64,000 nt of DNA from an uncultured Acidobacteriota bacterium (GTDB taxonomy: Bacteria > Acidobacteriota > Blastocatellia > RBC074): positions 1,568,001 to 1,632,000 of the forward strand of contig CAWCKY010000004.1 of the NCBI GenBank assembly GCA_963796275.1, given 5' to 3'. Positions 38,082 to 48,351 of this stretch are shown here, one piece after another. The notes under the pieces are model-generated. The model had not been told where the DNA came from, did not search any database, and worked only from the letters and a program-made list of their open reading frames with translations. The stretch's first letter is position 1; each line of letters starts with the position of its first letter. Both the position numbers and the translations under genes were made by a program.

Positions 38082-39034
38082 TCACTTGGTAACGTGTCGC
38101 CGCGCCCATTCCAACCAATCGTAGAGAGTTGTGCGGTTTATTCCCAGCCGCTGAGCCGCTGCCGAATGACTTCCTAATCGGAACCGCTCCCGTTCATAAA
38201 TCGCCATCACTCCCCGGCAAATGTATTCTCGCATCGTTTCGCCCTCGCGCAGCGTCCGGGAAACACTCGGTGTTACCTGGCGCGAGCACAGACTGTCGTT
38301 CGAGCTCCATCTCGCGCCGCACGTGGTCTGTCGTGATTATCCGGCCGCTGCCAGCCTTGGCCGCCAGGCGCTCAATAGTTGAAATCAACTGCCGCACATT
38401 CCCCTTCCAACTATAGCGACAGAGTAGCCCCATGGCTTCTTCCTCGAATTCAACAGCGGGGAAATAGTGCCGGATAAGAATCGGGATGTCTGTGGGACGT
38501 TCTCTGAGAGCCGGCGTCCGGATAGGGTATCCGCACAGGCGATCATACAGGTCGCGGCGAAAGCGTCCCTTCATCGACTTCACGAAGGAGATCATGATTG
38601 GTCGCGGCAATCAGGCGTATATCTATCTTGATCGCCTGCTGTCCCTCCGACTCGCTCGAGTTCACGTTCCTGCAAGACGCGCAAAAGCATCGCCTGGCTC
38701 GGCTGGGGCAGATCACCGATCTCATCGAGAAACAATGTTCCGCCGTTTGCCCTCTCGAATCGGCCTAGTTTGCGAGCGATGGCTCCGGTGAACGCCCCTT
38801 TCTCATGTCCGAACAATTCACTCTCGATCAAATTGGGATTGATTGCCGCACAGTTGACGTCGATGAAAGGCTTTCCCTGCCCGGTTGCTGGCCTTGTGTA
38901 TGCCGCGCGCGACGAGTTCTTTGCCGGTACCCGGCTCGCCGGTGATGAGGACGCTCAGATCGAGGCCTCGCGGCGATCGCGATATTTTTCCTGACTTCTC
39001 GCATCAGTTCGGATTCGCCGACGAGTTCATCCAT
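38082..39034 (-). pseudogene. Sigma-54-dependent (NtrC/Fis-type) transcriptional activator, multiply frameshifted
   Basis: [50 protein letters not shown], Fis HTH LGINRTTLY in successive frames. Confidence 0.82.
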
Positions 39035-39050
39035 TACCACCGAGTGGCCT

Positions 39051-39353
39051 TCACTTCCCCGCCCTCCAAAATGTGTACGTCGTCCCTCCTCCTGCCAGTA
39101 CCTCGATGCGATGCGCGGCCAGATGAGCGGCATACTCAAGCTCGCTTACAATCGAACCGTCCATTGGTTCAAGATATTTCACGACAAGACGGGTTTGCCC
39201 GCCCTCGACGTCGACCGCCAGTTCATTGATCCTCCCGGACACGACCCCGGCGTTTGGAAGTTCGAATTCGCGCTCCAGCCTCCCGCGCGTGAACCTGACG
39301 CTGCACAGACGGATTCCTTTCTCCGCCGCTATCCTTGCGAAGCCATCCAGCAC
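39051..39353 (-). CDS. Hypothetical protein or N-terminal sensor fragment of the sigma-54 activator
   Basis: ORF directly upstream of and abutting the activator start. Confidence 0.35.
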   Translation of the reverse strand: MLDGFARIAAEKGIRLCSVRFTRGRLEREFELPNAGVVSGRINELAVDVEGGQTRLVVKYLEPMDGSIVSELEYAAHLAAHRIEVLAGGGTTYTFWRAGK

Positions 39354-39647
39354 ATCTTCGATACTCGCGCTCTGCGCCAGCCTGAGTAAAAGGCTCGCGC
39401 CGGCCAGGAGCGCTCTTTTCTATTCGAGAGATGACGGGGCACCATCGGCCTCCTCTCTTCCTCCAATGAGCAGGCCAGTAACGTCGGGGGATACTATTTG
39501 ATCGGGAAACCTCGGTGCATGGGTGTGTGTTGATGCACTCGATGAGTTACAAATCTTTTGAAGCTAGACTTCTAAGGGGCAGGGTGATCCTACACAAAGA
39601 TCGACGGTTTGTCGGTTTGAAATTGACTCTGTGAATGGCTGACTCAG

Positions 39648-40373
39648 TCAGAAGCATACCCAACTCCAGGTGGGAGAAAATATCCGATAGCCCTGCTGAT
39701 CGCCAGGTAGCATTCGCACACGGCGCTCTTCGAGCCCTGCTCGATTCAGGATACTGATGCGACCGCGCAAATAGTGAATCAGCCCTCTCTTCTGTAATGT
39801 TCCCGCAGCCAGGCTAACACTACTGCGGGAAACTCCGAGCATCTGTCCCATGTTGTCGTGCGTGAGAATCATCGAATCGGAAGAGACGCGGTCCTGCGCG
39901 ATCAGCAGCCAGCGCGCCAGGCGCTGCTCTATAGTATGAAACCAATTGCAGGTAACCGTCAGCGCAATCTGTTCGCTCAATGTATGCGTATACTCAAACA
40001 GCAATTCATAAAAAACTCTTTCCTGTCCGAGCATATTCTGCAATTCCTTCGTGCCGATCTGCAGCGCCTCTCCTGAAATCTGCACGTGCGCACAGAATGA
40101 CATTCCATTTCTTTTCGTGATCCCCGATAGGCCGACCACGCCTTCTCGGCCAACTGCCGCGGCCTCGATAAACTCGCCAGCCTCGGTGGTAGTGAGCAAT
40201 GAGACGATTCCACTGGTGATAAACCATGCGTGATCAGATGTGGAGCCAATATCGTAGAGCGTACTGCCTGCTTCCAGGCGAACACAATTGAGGCTTGGTA
40301 TCAAGCGATCATATACGGCAGGTGTAAGGGCAGCTAACACCCCGTTCTCGTTGGGGATCGGTCTAACTAACAT
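39648..40373 (-). CDS. Crp/Fnr family transcriptional regulator
   Basis: cNMP-binding SGIVSL..VGREG; HTIEQRLARWLL; HTH LTHDNMGQMLGVSRSSVS; C-terminal frameshift. Confidence 0.9.
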   Translation of the reverse strand: MLVRPIPNENGVLAALTPAVYDRLIPSLNCVRLEAGSTLYDIGSTSDHAWFITSGIVSLLTTTEAGEFIEAAAVGREGVVGLSGITKRNGMSFCAHVQISGEALQIGTKELQNMLGQERVFYELLFEYTHTLSEQIALTVTCNWFHTIEQRLARWLLIAQDRVSSDSMILTHDNMGQMLGVSRSSVSLAAGTLQKRGLIHYLRGRISILNRAGLEERRVRMLPGDQQGYRIFSPTWSWVCF

Positions 40374-40590
40374 ACTGCTGCCTTACCCTACGTGAATTAC
40401 AGTCTCGCCGGATTAGTGCCGCCAGATGATTCTTTGTTTAATTTGTTCTGGATTACTGATCTATGAAGGAACACCGAAGATGTCGCGACCGAAACTCTCA
40501 CTACCGTTAGCCCAAAGTAAAATCGAATGAGTTGATATCCAACATCACAGATATCGAAGACCGTATCTATCCCTTACACCGAACACCTAT

Positions 40591-41051
40591 TCAGTCTGGT
40601 TTCTGCTCTATGTTTCGAACACTCCAACCGTCCTCCAGGAGCGGGACAGTCGCACACGCCGGACCGCCGTCCTTGGCAGTTCCTGCGATGCGCGCCTCCA
40701 ATAAAACGCCTGATTTTGACAGCGCCTCTTCGATCAGCTCCCAAGTGATGCCCGAAAGCGGTACCTTGGCATGCCTCGACCAACAGGAATCCGAATGCCC
40801 CGCATAGGTTCCAGAGTTGATATATATATGAATCTGCCGCCTGTAGGGCCTTGCACAAAAGGGCCGCGAAAATTCGGTGGTCCATCAATCTGGTTGTTGG
40901 CAATGTTCACAGTGAAATCAAAAGAGACGTTTTCTCCTGAATCGGAAGTAGGAACAAGATCGTATTTGCCTTGCTGCAAAAAAAGCGGCACGCCAGGTGG
41001 AGGCTTAATCAGCGTAATGCGTAGCGGAAGCGAACGAATCATCTTTGACAT
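40591..41051 (-). CDS. DUF5990-like protein (frameshift near 40815)
   Basis: LRITL..PPPG, PNFRGPFVQGP.GGRFIY, then WSRHAKVPL..GGPACATV in a shifted frame. Confidence 0.65.
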
Positions 41052-41191
41052 ATTCGTAGTAGAAATAGTAATGGCGGGCGCTTTCGCTCCCGCCGATTCA
41101 GCAGCGTCCTCAGCCATTAGGTATACCGCTACGCTGTGCTTTACCAAATACCACCATACGAACGAGACGCCCGAGGATTCTACCGGTTTAA

Positions 41192-41629
41192 TTAAATAAA
41201 CAACTCCGGTGACACTTTGAAGAATTCCCCCAGAGCCTTCGCCTGAGCCTTGCTGATCGCGCGCTTGCCATTGACCACTTCCGAAACACGACCACGTGAC
41301 CCGAAAATCGACACCAGGTCCGTTTGGCGCAGATGATTCTGCTCCATCAAAAACTGGAGCGTCCGATACGGAGGACTATCAGGGACAGGGAAAGTCCGGT
41401 CTTCGTAATCTTCAATCAGCCGGCTCAGCAGCGCCAGAAGTCTTCTTTCCTCGACTGAGAGATTGTCGTACCCGCTCTTCAGCAGTCGCCCGATCTCGGC
41501 GTCTGCTCGCTCGAACTCCTCCTTAGTCTCGATCACAAGTGGCGCGACCTTCGACACCAGTCGCGAATACCTGCGAAGGTCGAATTTTTCTCTAGCAGTT
41601 GCAGTCACCTTTCCAATTGCCTTTGTCAT
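41192..41629 (-). CDS. higA: HigA-like HTH antitoxin
   Basis: LIEDYE..LQFLMEQNHLRQTDLV..FGSRGRVSEVVNGKRAIS. Confidence 0.85.
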   Translation of the reverse strand: MTKAIGKVTATAREKFDLRRYSRLVSKVAPLVIETKEEFERADAEIGRLLKSGYDNLSVEERRLLALLSRLIEDYEDRTFPVPDSPPYRTLQFLMEQNHLRQTDLVSIFGSRGRVSEVVNGKRAISKAQAKALGEFFKVSPELFI

Positions 41630-41921
41630 ACTCAGAGTGCGTCAGCACGTAGCGCACGTAGACGTGCCGAACTGGGTAAAGAATAATTGTAATCAATCGG
41701 TAGTCGTTCCCTTTAATGTCGAAGACCACGCAGTCACAGTACACATCCGCGTGGCGAAAAGAGGCGCGCACGTCAGTGAAACTCTTCCAGTCGGCGCGGC
41801 TCGTCACCTTGTACCATTCCATCAAAGGCGCTTCAGCGTCCGGATGCTTTTTCCAGAACTCTCGAAGTCGGCTCTTGCTGATGATCCGCACGGGGCGTGC
41901 TCCTGTCATAAATGATCCCAT
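41592..41921 (-). CDS. higB: HigB toxin
   Basis: RIISKSRLREFW.KHPDA, VVFDIKGNDYRLI, LTHSEYDKGNWK; toxin-first order. Confidence 0.88.
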   Translation of the reverse strand: MGSFMTGARPVRIISKSRLREFWKKHPDAEAPLMEWYKVTSRADWKSFTDVRASFRHADVYCDCVVFDIKGNDYRLITIILYPVRHVYVRYVLTHSEYDKGNWKGDCNC

Positions 41922-41996
41922 TTTGGGATCGCCGTGTCAATAACTATAGGTATTCTTTTTCAGGGATTAAGCGTCAGGATCTTCTTATCGCAGATT

Positions 41997-43172
41997 TCAG
42001 TTGATCAGTTGAGCCCCCGGTAGGTATGGCTTATCTTTCGCTATCATGCTTGCGATTTCCTCATTCCATTCATCAATTGCATTCGCAGCCGTTTCCAGGG
42101 AATCCTTAGTCAGACCAAGATACGTGAATGTCGTCTCAATATCGGTGTGACCGAGTCGGCGTGCGATTTCGTGAATCGGAACACCTTTCTTTGCCAGTCG
42201 CGTTCCAAACGTCCGCCTAAAATCATGGAAGCGCAAATCCTCAATTCCGGCCAACTCGCAAACAGAGTTGAAACTTTTACTTACATTGTTGGTAATGCCG
42301 AAGACTAATGAATCTGGGTTTTTGTCCGACTGATCCCATAATTTTCGAAGCTCTTCCCTTAAACGTTTTGACAGCGCCGCCTCACGTTCACGGAGAGTTT
42401 TGGTGTTGAATTCTCGGACCGTTGCCTTCCGCTTTTCAGCAATATTGAATTTTTCGCCATCCCAGTCGAGATCAGACCATTTTAGTTTGAAAATCTCGCC
42501 TCTACGCATTCCTGTGTCGATTGCGCAAATGATGATAGGTCTCAAGTGTTCTCTCGGCCCATCACAAGCGGCGAGTAGTCTTATCTCTTCTTCCGATTCC
42601 AGGACACGTTTCCTTTTTACCTCGTCAGCGGGATTGATCAAAGGCTTAGGCCCCTTGAATGGATTCAAATACAACCATCGCTCACCGATAGCGATATTCA
42701 ATGCATGTCTAAGCAGGCTTAGCTCGCGATCAACTCTTGCTACAGTGCGTTGTTCGCCGCGTATGGTGGGTGTCTTAAGGCGCAGGCTCCTGAATCTTTC
42801 AATCTTGCCCCATGTAATTCCTCGCAGTTCCATTCGCCCGAACGATTCTCGAAGGATTTTCAGAATACCCAGATCGTCTTTGTAAGAACGTTTCCCCGCG
42901 ACTTTTCTGCCATTCACATATTCCGGAGGAATCAAGTAGTGCTTCTCAAGATGATCGGCGAGGTCATTGAAGGTGGTACCGATGGCATTGAGCGATTCTG
43001 GACCATGATCTTCAAGCTCACGGATGAAGTTGGAGATGACCGTTCGCCCCTCAGTTTTAGTTCTTACTCGCTTTTCTTTGCTGCGCCGTTTGCCTGCGGA
43101 ATCGGTATAATCGATTCGTGCAAACAATTTTCCGTCGCGTAGGTGGATTGTGCCTGTTCTAGATCGCGCCAT
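41997..43172 (-). CDS. Tyrosine recombinase / integrase
   Basis: Arm-binding N-terminus; DTGMRRGE, RFHDFRRT, LGHTDIETTFTY catalytic tetrad; adjacent to att site. Confidence 0.93.
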   Translation of the reverse strand: MARSRTGTIHLRDGKLFARIDYTDSAGKRRSKEKRVRTKTEGRTVISNFIRELEDHGPESLNAIGTTFNDLADHLEKHYLIPPEYVNGRKVAGKRSYKDDLGILKILRESFGRMELRGITWGKIERFRSLRLKTPTIRGEQRTVARVDRELSLLRHALNIAIGERWLYLNPFKGPKPLINPADEVKRKRVLESEEEIRLLAACDGPREHLRPIIICAIDTGMRRGEIFKLKWSDLDWDGEKFNIAEKRKATVREFNTKTLREREAALSKRLREELRKLWDQSDKNPDSLVFGITNNVSKSFNSVCELAGIEDLRFHDFRRTFGTRLAKKGVPIHEIARRLGHTDIETTFTYLGLTKDSLETAANAIDEWNEEIASMIAKDKPYLPGAQLIN

Positions 43173-43207
43173 ATCAATTTCTTTCTATTGCAAACTCCAT
43201 TCCATGC

Positions 43208-43283
43208 GACACACGGATTATTGCCCTTATCATGACACACGGATTATTTTCCCGGACAAAATACTCACGTAATCACTCACGTA
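43208..43283. repeat. Direct repeats in the integrase-att spacer (GACACACGGATTATT x2; ACTCACGTA x2)
   Basis: Copies at 43208-43222 and 43234-43248; and at 43263-43271 and 43275-43283. Confidence 0.8.
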
Positions 43284-43383
43284 TTCAACTGCAACGTCGG
43301 ATGACATGGTGCAACGATATGAACGAAAAGGCCAATAAAATTGAGGTATTTCAAGAGGCTGAAACTCTGGGGAACATCATTCG

Positions 43384-43432
43384 ACGGACTGAAAATCCGT
43401 GTGTCGGCGGTTCGATTCCGTCCCTGGCCACC
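43384..43432 (+). mobile_element. att site: 3' portion of tRNA-Phe(GAA), not an intact tRNA
   Basis: ACGGA-CTGAAAA-TCCGT anticodon arm, GGCGG-TTCGATT-CCGTC T-arm, CCTGGCC-A-CC acceptor strand; no D-arm or 5' acceptor strand upstream. Confidence 0.88.
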
Positions 43433-43530
43433 TTTCATTACAATCACTTACAAAATCCATTCTCTCAGTCATGTCCGAATGTTCCTTAAACTGTTCCTCA
43501 AACCTTCGAAAGAAATCTGAGGCAGACACG

Positions 43531-43782
43531 TCATTCAGAAGTCCCAGGCCGGTGTCCAAAAAATTTCTGCTCATCTGCTTCCAGCTCTCTGCACTTCTCT
43601 GCTTGAAACTCCGTTGTTCCAGGGCGTCCGCGGAACATCCCGCGCACCCGGCGGATGACTGCGGTCTTTGTTTCAGTTGACGGTAAGACGGATTGAGCCT
43701 GCTGTATCAGAAGAGATGCGAGCAATAACTGTTCTCCCTGCGGTAGCGCCCGTGCTTCTCGTAATAGTGTTTCAACGGTCAT
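43531..43782 (-). CDS. Small antitoxin-like protein
   Basis: MTVETLLREARALP.GEQL.LAS.L..RGMF pattern of small antitoxins; GAGGAG RBS. Confidence 0.45.
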   Translation of the reverse strand: MTVETLLREARALPQGEQLLLASLLIQQAQSVLPSTETKTAVIRRVRGMFRGRPGTTEFQAEKCRELEADEQKFFGHRPGTSE

Positions 43783-43925
43783 TTTGCTGCTCCTCTCTTC
43801 TGGGTCTTCGCGCAGCTTCATCCCAAACACCACCTATATCCTACATCGAATGGCCCGCAGCCGTGAAGTATCTCGATTGACTCGCACCTGAAGAAGAACA
43901 GAGTAAAATGAGGTTAGCCCCAACG

Positions 43926-44021
43926 AGACGTATTCATTCGTAATCGTTCCTGAATCCACGAACCATTGCTGTAAGAACTGCATTGGGACTATCATTTAGG
44001 AATAGGAGTATGAGCGATGCA
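43926..44021 (+). repeat. ~96-bp leader repeat, copy 1 (copy 2 at 48029-48125)
   Basis: AGACGTATTCATTCGTAAT..TTGCTGTAAGAA.TGCATTGGGACTATCATTTAGGAA.AGGAGTATGA.CGATGCA shared by both copies. Confidence 0.9.
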
Positions 44022-44092
44022 GGAAACGGCATTGATACTGATGACTGGTCGAGGAATCGATCGGGCATTTACACTAAGCGAGGTATCGGTTT

Positions 44093-44467
44093 ATGACCAC
44101 GATCACTATCGAAGTCCCTGACGAACTAGCGGCACAACTTGACCCAAATACTTTATCGGCTCTGTTGCGCGAAATGGTTGCCAGTAAAACAGCCGGGCCG
44201 GATTCCGATAATGAAAACTCTCGACAATCATCGCCAATTTATCGGGAGATCACCGAATTTCTCTCCGACAGCCCCGCAACCGAGCAGATCATTGCATTCA
44301 AGATTTCGCCGCCAGCGCAAGAACGCCTGGAAGAGCTGCTGTACAAAAACCGCGAAGAAGTCCTCAATCCTGAAGAACGAGCTGAACTCGATACCTACGT
44401 GCAACTCAGCGAATGGATATCGATCCTCAAGACGCGCGCCCGAAGCGGAAAGCCATTGCTGGGATAA
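44093..44467 (+). CDS. Putative antitoxin / DNA-binding partner of the HNH nuclease
   Basis: MTTITIEVPDELA (RHH-like) and QERLEELLYKNRE..L.PEERAELD; 3 bp from the HNH gene. Confidence 0.6.
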   Translation: MTTITIEVPDELAAQLDPNTLSALLREMVASKTAGPDSDNENSRQSSPIYREITEFLSDSPATEQIIAFKISPPAQERLEELLYKNREEVLNPEERAELDTYVQLSEWISILKTRARSGKPLLG

Positions 44468-44470
44468 TCT

Positions 44471-44902
44471 ATGAATCGTCCACATATTCCGAATGCACTC
44501 CGGCAGGTAGTGGTTGAGAGAGCGAACGGTAGATGTGAATATTGTTTGATCCATGAGGACGACCGACCGGAAGCACATCAGGTGGATCATGTCATCGCAC
44601 TCAAACACGGCGGTCAGACAATCATTCAAAACCTGGCGCTGGCTTGCGCAGTTTGCAACAACAACAAAGGGTCCGACCTCGCGACCATTGATCAAACGAC
44701 CGAAGAACTCATCCCTCTTTTCAACCCGCGAAAGCAAAAATGGAGTGATCACTTCGCCTTCTCAGGTGCGCAGATTGTAGGGATCACAGTAATCGGAAGA
44801 GCTACGATCCGTTTGCTGCGAATGAATGGTCCCGACAGAGTTTTGCTTAGACGTATCTTGAGAGAAGTCGGGCTATACCCGCCCCCAGAGTTCATTCGGT
44901 GA
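44471..44902 (+). CDS. HNH endonuclease
   Basis: RCEYC..VDHVIA.KHGG..NLALAC..CN..KG; LFNPR..W.DHF. Confidence 0.9.
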   Translation: MNRPHIPNALRQVVVERANGRCEYCLIHEDDRPEAHQVDHVIALKHGGQTIIQNLALACAVCNNNKGSDLATIDQTTEELIPLFNPRKQKWSDHFAFSGAQIVGITVIGRATIRLLRMNGPDRVLLRRILREVGLYPPPEFIR

Positions 44903-45065
44903 CAGGTCTTCCGGGAAGATCGTTTCTAGGCGGTAGCGGTTCATCTCGAATAGGTTCAACGAAGCTGCAGAAGAGTTGTACAGGTTGCTACAAGACATAG
45001 AATAGCAGGACGTCCTTCATCAATCTAAGGCACTAGATCTCGATTGTACGCCGAATCACTATGGG

Positions 45066-46277
45066 TTAGACAATCAACGAATTCGCCTGTTCAACGACGT
45101 CCGCTGCCTTTAATTTCCTGTCGAACCACAAAACATTGAGCTCTTCGGCCACTTCGTCGTTGAGCGCCAGATGTTTTGATACTGCGATAATGAGGTTGCG
45201 CGGATCGGTCTGTCCGAGTTTCGCAAGCTTGCGGCTTAGATACTCGGGCGTCCAGAAACCGACAATCTCCAGGTGCACTTCGCGGCGGCCATTGGCGGTT
45301 TCAATGCGCAATGTGAAATCAGGGATCAGCACCTCATTTCTGATCAAAGGGATCACCGCATCAGCCCGTGCGAGTTGCCATCCATCGTGAACTCGCTCGA
45401 ATATTTTCCCGAAGTCTGCGGCGAAATCGCGTTCCAGTCGAGAATCATAAAAAGGAAAGCGGCGAAAATGGGAGACCAGACTGCTCTGATCGTCGAGTGT
45501 AAAAATAAGCTGCCGGCCACGCTTGATCAGCGTCGCTTCCATCCGCCATTTTCGGCAAAGCGCCAGCGCGGGAAGAAAGATTGCCATCTTAATACCGTAA
45601 CGAAGGCTCCCCTTGAGCAGCGAGAGGGGGCCGTTGAGATCAATTCGATAACCGCGAGCGCGCCGCTCGATACTATGCATCAGGCGGCAGAGTTTGATGT
45701 AACGAAAGATGTCCTGATATGAGTCCTCGATATCGATCGTCAGACGTTCGGCCCAGTACAACAGCCCGCGGGCCAGTTCCATGTTGTAACGAGCGATCAA
45801 AGCGCCCGGATCACAAACGGCTGTGAATCCGATTAATCGCTGCCGCCCGGGAAGATCTGAATAAAGCCCACTCTCCAGTTGATCAGGAGTAAGACCGATA
45901 CAACCGGCGACTTCGCTAAGAATGGATTGGCGATCGTGTTCGAGCGGCGATCTCTTATCTAGAACGATCGGCCATGCATTCGCAGCCCGCTCGAACACTG
46001 TGCTCCGGATCATCGCTGCGTTCCGAGTTCGCGGTTCGAACTCTGCGAATTTCATCAATATCTTGCCCAGGCCGCGAACGATACGGTAATCGGTTCGGCC
46101 CTCTGCACATCTTTCCATCGCCGTTTCTAGCTCATCGCGCGTCTTACCGACACAGTTGCGGAAGACCTTGAATAATTCACTGACGGTATGCCGATAACGT
46201 GGGGAGTCGGGATCGACGAAGGCCGGGCGTATCTGATCACCCTCGATCCGATAGCGAAGAAGGTCTTTAGTCAGCAT
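45066..46277 (-). CDS. DUF790 family (Bax1-like) endonuclease
   Basis: MLTKDLL, LYSDL, RYN..LARGLL, GPLSL..YG, YDSRLE.DFA, IPDF, LEIVGFWTPEYL. Confidence 0.85.
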   Translation of the reverse strand: MLTKDLLRYRIEGDQIRPAFVDPDSPRYRHTVSELFKVFRNCVGKTRDELETAMERCAEGRTDYRIVRGLGKILMKFAEFEPRTRNAAMIRSTVFERAANAWPIVLDKRSPLEHDRQSILSEVAGCIGLTPDQLESGLYSDLPGRQRLIGFTAVCDPGALIARYNMELARGLLYWAERLTIDIEDSYQDIFRYIKLCRLMHSIERRARGYRIDLNGPLSLLKGSLRYGIKMAIFLPALALCRKWRMEATLIKRGRQLIFTLDDQSSLVSHFRRFPFYDSRLERDFAADFGKIFERVHDGWQLARADAVIPLIRNEVLIPDFTLRIETANGRREVHLEIVGFWTPEYLSRKLAKLGQTDPRNLIIAVSKHLALNDEVAEELNVLWFDRKLKAADVVEQANSLIV

Positions 46278-46291
46278 AAGTCAGCATATCT

Positions 46292-47758
46292 TCAAAGCCT
46301 GGAGATTCTGTTCGCGTGTCCGGCGTACGCTTCGTTCTGACGTCTTCGCCGGCTCGTTCCGGTCTCTATCGTTGCACGTACCGTTACCTCGTAGAGGACA
46401 GCCAGTTTATTAGCTTTCCGGCGGAGAATGCGGCCGAGCCGCTGCGTATGCTCACGCGACGATCCGCTTCCGCCCAGTATGATCGCGATTTTGGCATCGG
46501 GTACATCGACCCCTTCGTTGAGCACTCTCGAGGTGACAACGGCTTTGTACTCGCCGCATTCGAATCGCTTCAAGATGGATTTCCTTTCACGCGTCTTCGT
46601 TTGATGAGTTATGGCGGGAATGAGAAATATCTGCGAAATTCTGTAAGCCATCTCATTGCTGGCTGCAAAGACTATAGCCTGATCTGCGGCGTGTCGGCGG
46701 AAAATTTCTTCGAGCATATCGAGTTTTGCGCCAGCCCCGGCAATAATATTGCGCATTTCATACCACGCCTCCAGTGCGCGCCGTGCTCGCAAATCATGGC
46801 TTTGCTCGCGCACTAGCAGTTCCAATCGCCCGTCGTTCTTGTAACCGGACTTCAGCGCTTCACTCGCTCGCCCGCTCTCTCCCTCTCCAGATCTCTCCTT
46901 CTCCCGTTCTTCCCTTCTATCCCTCCGGTTCTCATACCAATACTCCTGATAGTTCGATTCTTCGCGTTCGTATGCGCGACGTTCTTCCACAGAAAGTTCA
47001 ACGCTGAGTCTGATCACTTCGTAGGGAGCCAGTCTGGTCCCTCTCAACTCGCGAATCGGTTTCCAGAAGGCGAGGGGACCGATCAAGCGGTTCAATTCCT
47101 CAGATGCCCGCGGATCGTAGGTGGCAGTTAGTCCCAGGCGAAAGGGCGCGATTGCCAGGCGCGCAATCTCCGCCCAATGCGGCGCGGTCATATGATGAAC
47201 CTCGTCGAGGACAAGAAGTCCGAAGCGCGCGCCGATCTCACCGATGCAACGGTAGGCGCTCTGATAGGTGATAACCGTCACGTCTCGAATTTCGCAGGTC
47301 CCCTGACCGACGATGCCGATTTCGATGCCGTAACACTCGGTCAGACGATGATACCACTGGTTAAGTAGATCGAGCGTGGGTACGACTATGATCGTGGGGC
47401 GTTCAGTCAGATTGATGGCTTTCAGCGCGACCACAGTTTTGCCTGCACCTGTAGGCAATACCACGATGCCGCGCCGGTCCTGCAACTGCCAGGCTGTGAC
47501 TGCTTGTTCTTGATAATCGAAGAGCTGGAATGATGTGAAGGGCCGGATACGTAGGGCCGCTGGATCGTATCGCCGCGCCTTATCTATAAAAGGAATTTTA
47601 TTCTGCCGCAGCCAGAGGACGGTATCACGATAGCGAAATCCTTCCGCTCGCCAACTCTTAACTCGCTCATCCCAGATGAAACCGGCGAGCTTTATCCCCG
47701 CGTTATAGTCGATGGCGTCCATTAGGAGCGTACCTTGATCGAAGGAGAGAGTCAGCAT
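46292..47758 (-). CDS. XPB/Rad25-like superfamily 2 helicase
   Basis: [47 protein letters not shown]. Confidence 0.88.
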   Translation of the reverse strand: MLTLSFDQGTLLMDAIDYNAGIKLAGFIWDERVKSWRAEGFRYRDTVLWLRQNKIPFIDKARRYDPAALRIRPFTSFQLFDYQEQAVTAWQLQDRRGIVVLPTGAGKTVVALKAINLTERPTIIVVPTLDLLNQWYHRLTECYGIEIGIVGQGTCEIRDVTVITYQSAYRCIGEIGARFGLLVLDEVHHMTAPHWAEIARLAIAPFRLGLTATYDPRASEELNRLIGPLAFWKPIRELRGTRLAPYEVIRLSVELSVEERRAYEREESNYQEYWYENRRDRREEREKERSGEGESGRASEALKSGYKNDGRLELLVREQSHDLRARRALEAWYEMRNIIAGAGAKLDMLEEIFRRHAADQAIVFAASNEMAYRISQIFLIPAITHQTKTRERKSILKRFECGEYKAVVTSRVLNEGVDVPDAKIAIILGGSGSSREHTQRLGRILRRKANKLAVLYEVTVRATIETGTSRRRRQNEAYAGHANRISRL

Positions 47759-48028
47759 ATTTAAGATACTGGTAGGCTTGGGCTGGGTGGCAAAGTAAGT
47801 ATAATCCTGTTTTCATCAGTCCGGCAATATATCTGCCTGCTTCTGTTGTCCTTTCCCTATGAACTTGATATGAACTTGATTCCAGCGGAAGCCGAGTTGT
47901 TCGTGATGGAGAACATCCCGCAGCGGGCTCCGGAAACGCCTAGATGCTGGATTCGAAAAGAAATCATGTGGCATACATCTTTTCGGACGTTTGTGGTGGG
48001 ATCAGCCTGCTTATACTATTAACCATCT

Positions 48029-48125
48029 AGACGTATTCATTCGTAATTGTTCCTGTAACCATCGAACAATTGCTGTAAGAATTGCATTGGGACTATCATT
48101 TAGGAAAAGGAGTATGAACGATGCA
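48029..48125 (+). repeat. ~96-bp leader repeat, copy 2
   Basis: Near-identical to 43926-44021; ends in RBS + ATG of the 48121 gene. Confidence 0.9.
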
Positions 48126-48351
48126 AGCGGACTCACTGATTGAAAGAATCAAAGCGTTGCCACCTGAAAGGATTGCCGAAGTGGAAGATTTTGTCGAGTT
48201 TTTGTGGCAGCGGACAGTAAAACCGGAACAGTTTATCGAAGAGGAGGAACGCGTCAGCGAATTGCAGGCAATTGCGGCGAGCATGAGGGCGAATGTCTTC
48301 TCTGGCAATCCGCCCCGCTTCACTCGCGACGAACTGCATGAACGCCGTTGA
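48121..48351 (+). CDS. Putative antitoxin (DUF2281-like)
   Basis: IKALPPERIAEVEDFVEFL; C-terminal FTRDELHER overlapping the PIN start. Confidence 0.7.
   Translation: MQADSLIERIKALPPERIAEVEDFVEFLWQRTVKPEQFIEEEERVSELQAIAASMRANVFSGNPPRFTRDELHERR

Noticed and set aside
43360-43432. Intact tRNA-Phe gene
   Set aside because: The 5' acceptor strand and D-arm are absent; only the anticodon arm onward matches, so it is called an att fragment.
43377-43574. ORF starting MSRNFLDTG as a PIN toxin
   Set aside because: Only the first motif fits; the ORF is 65 aa and runs antisense through the att site.
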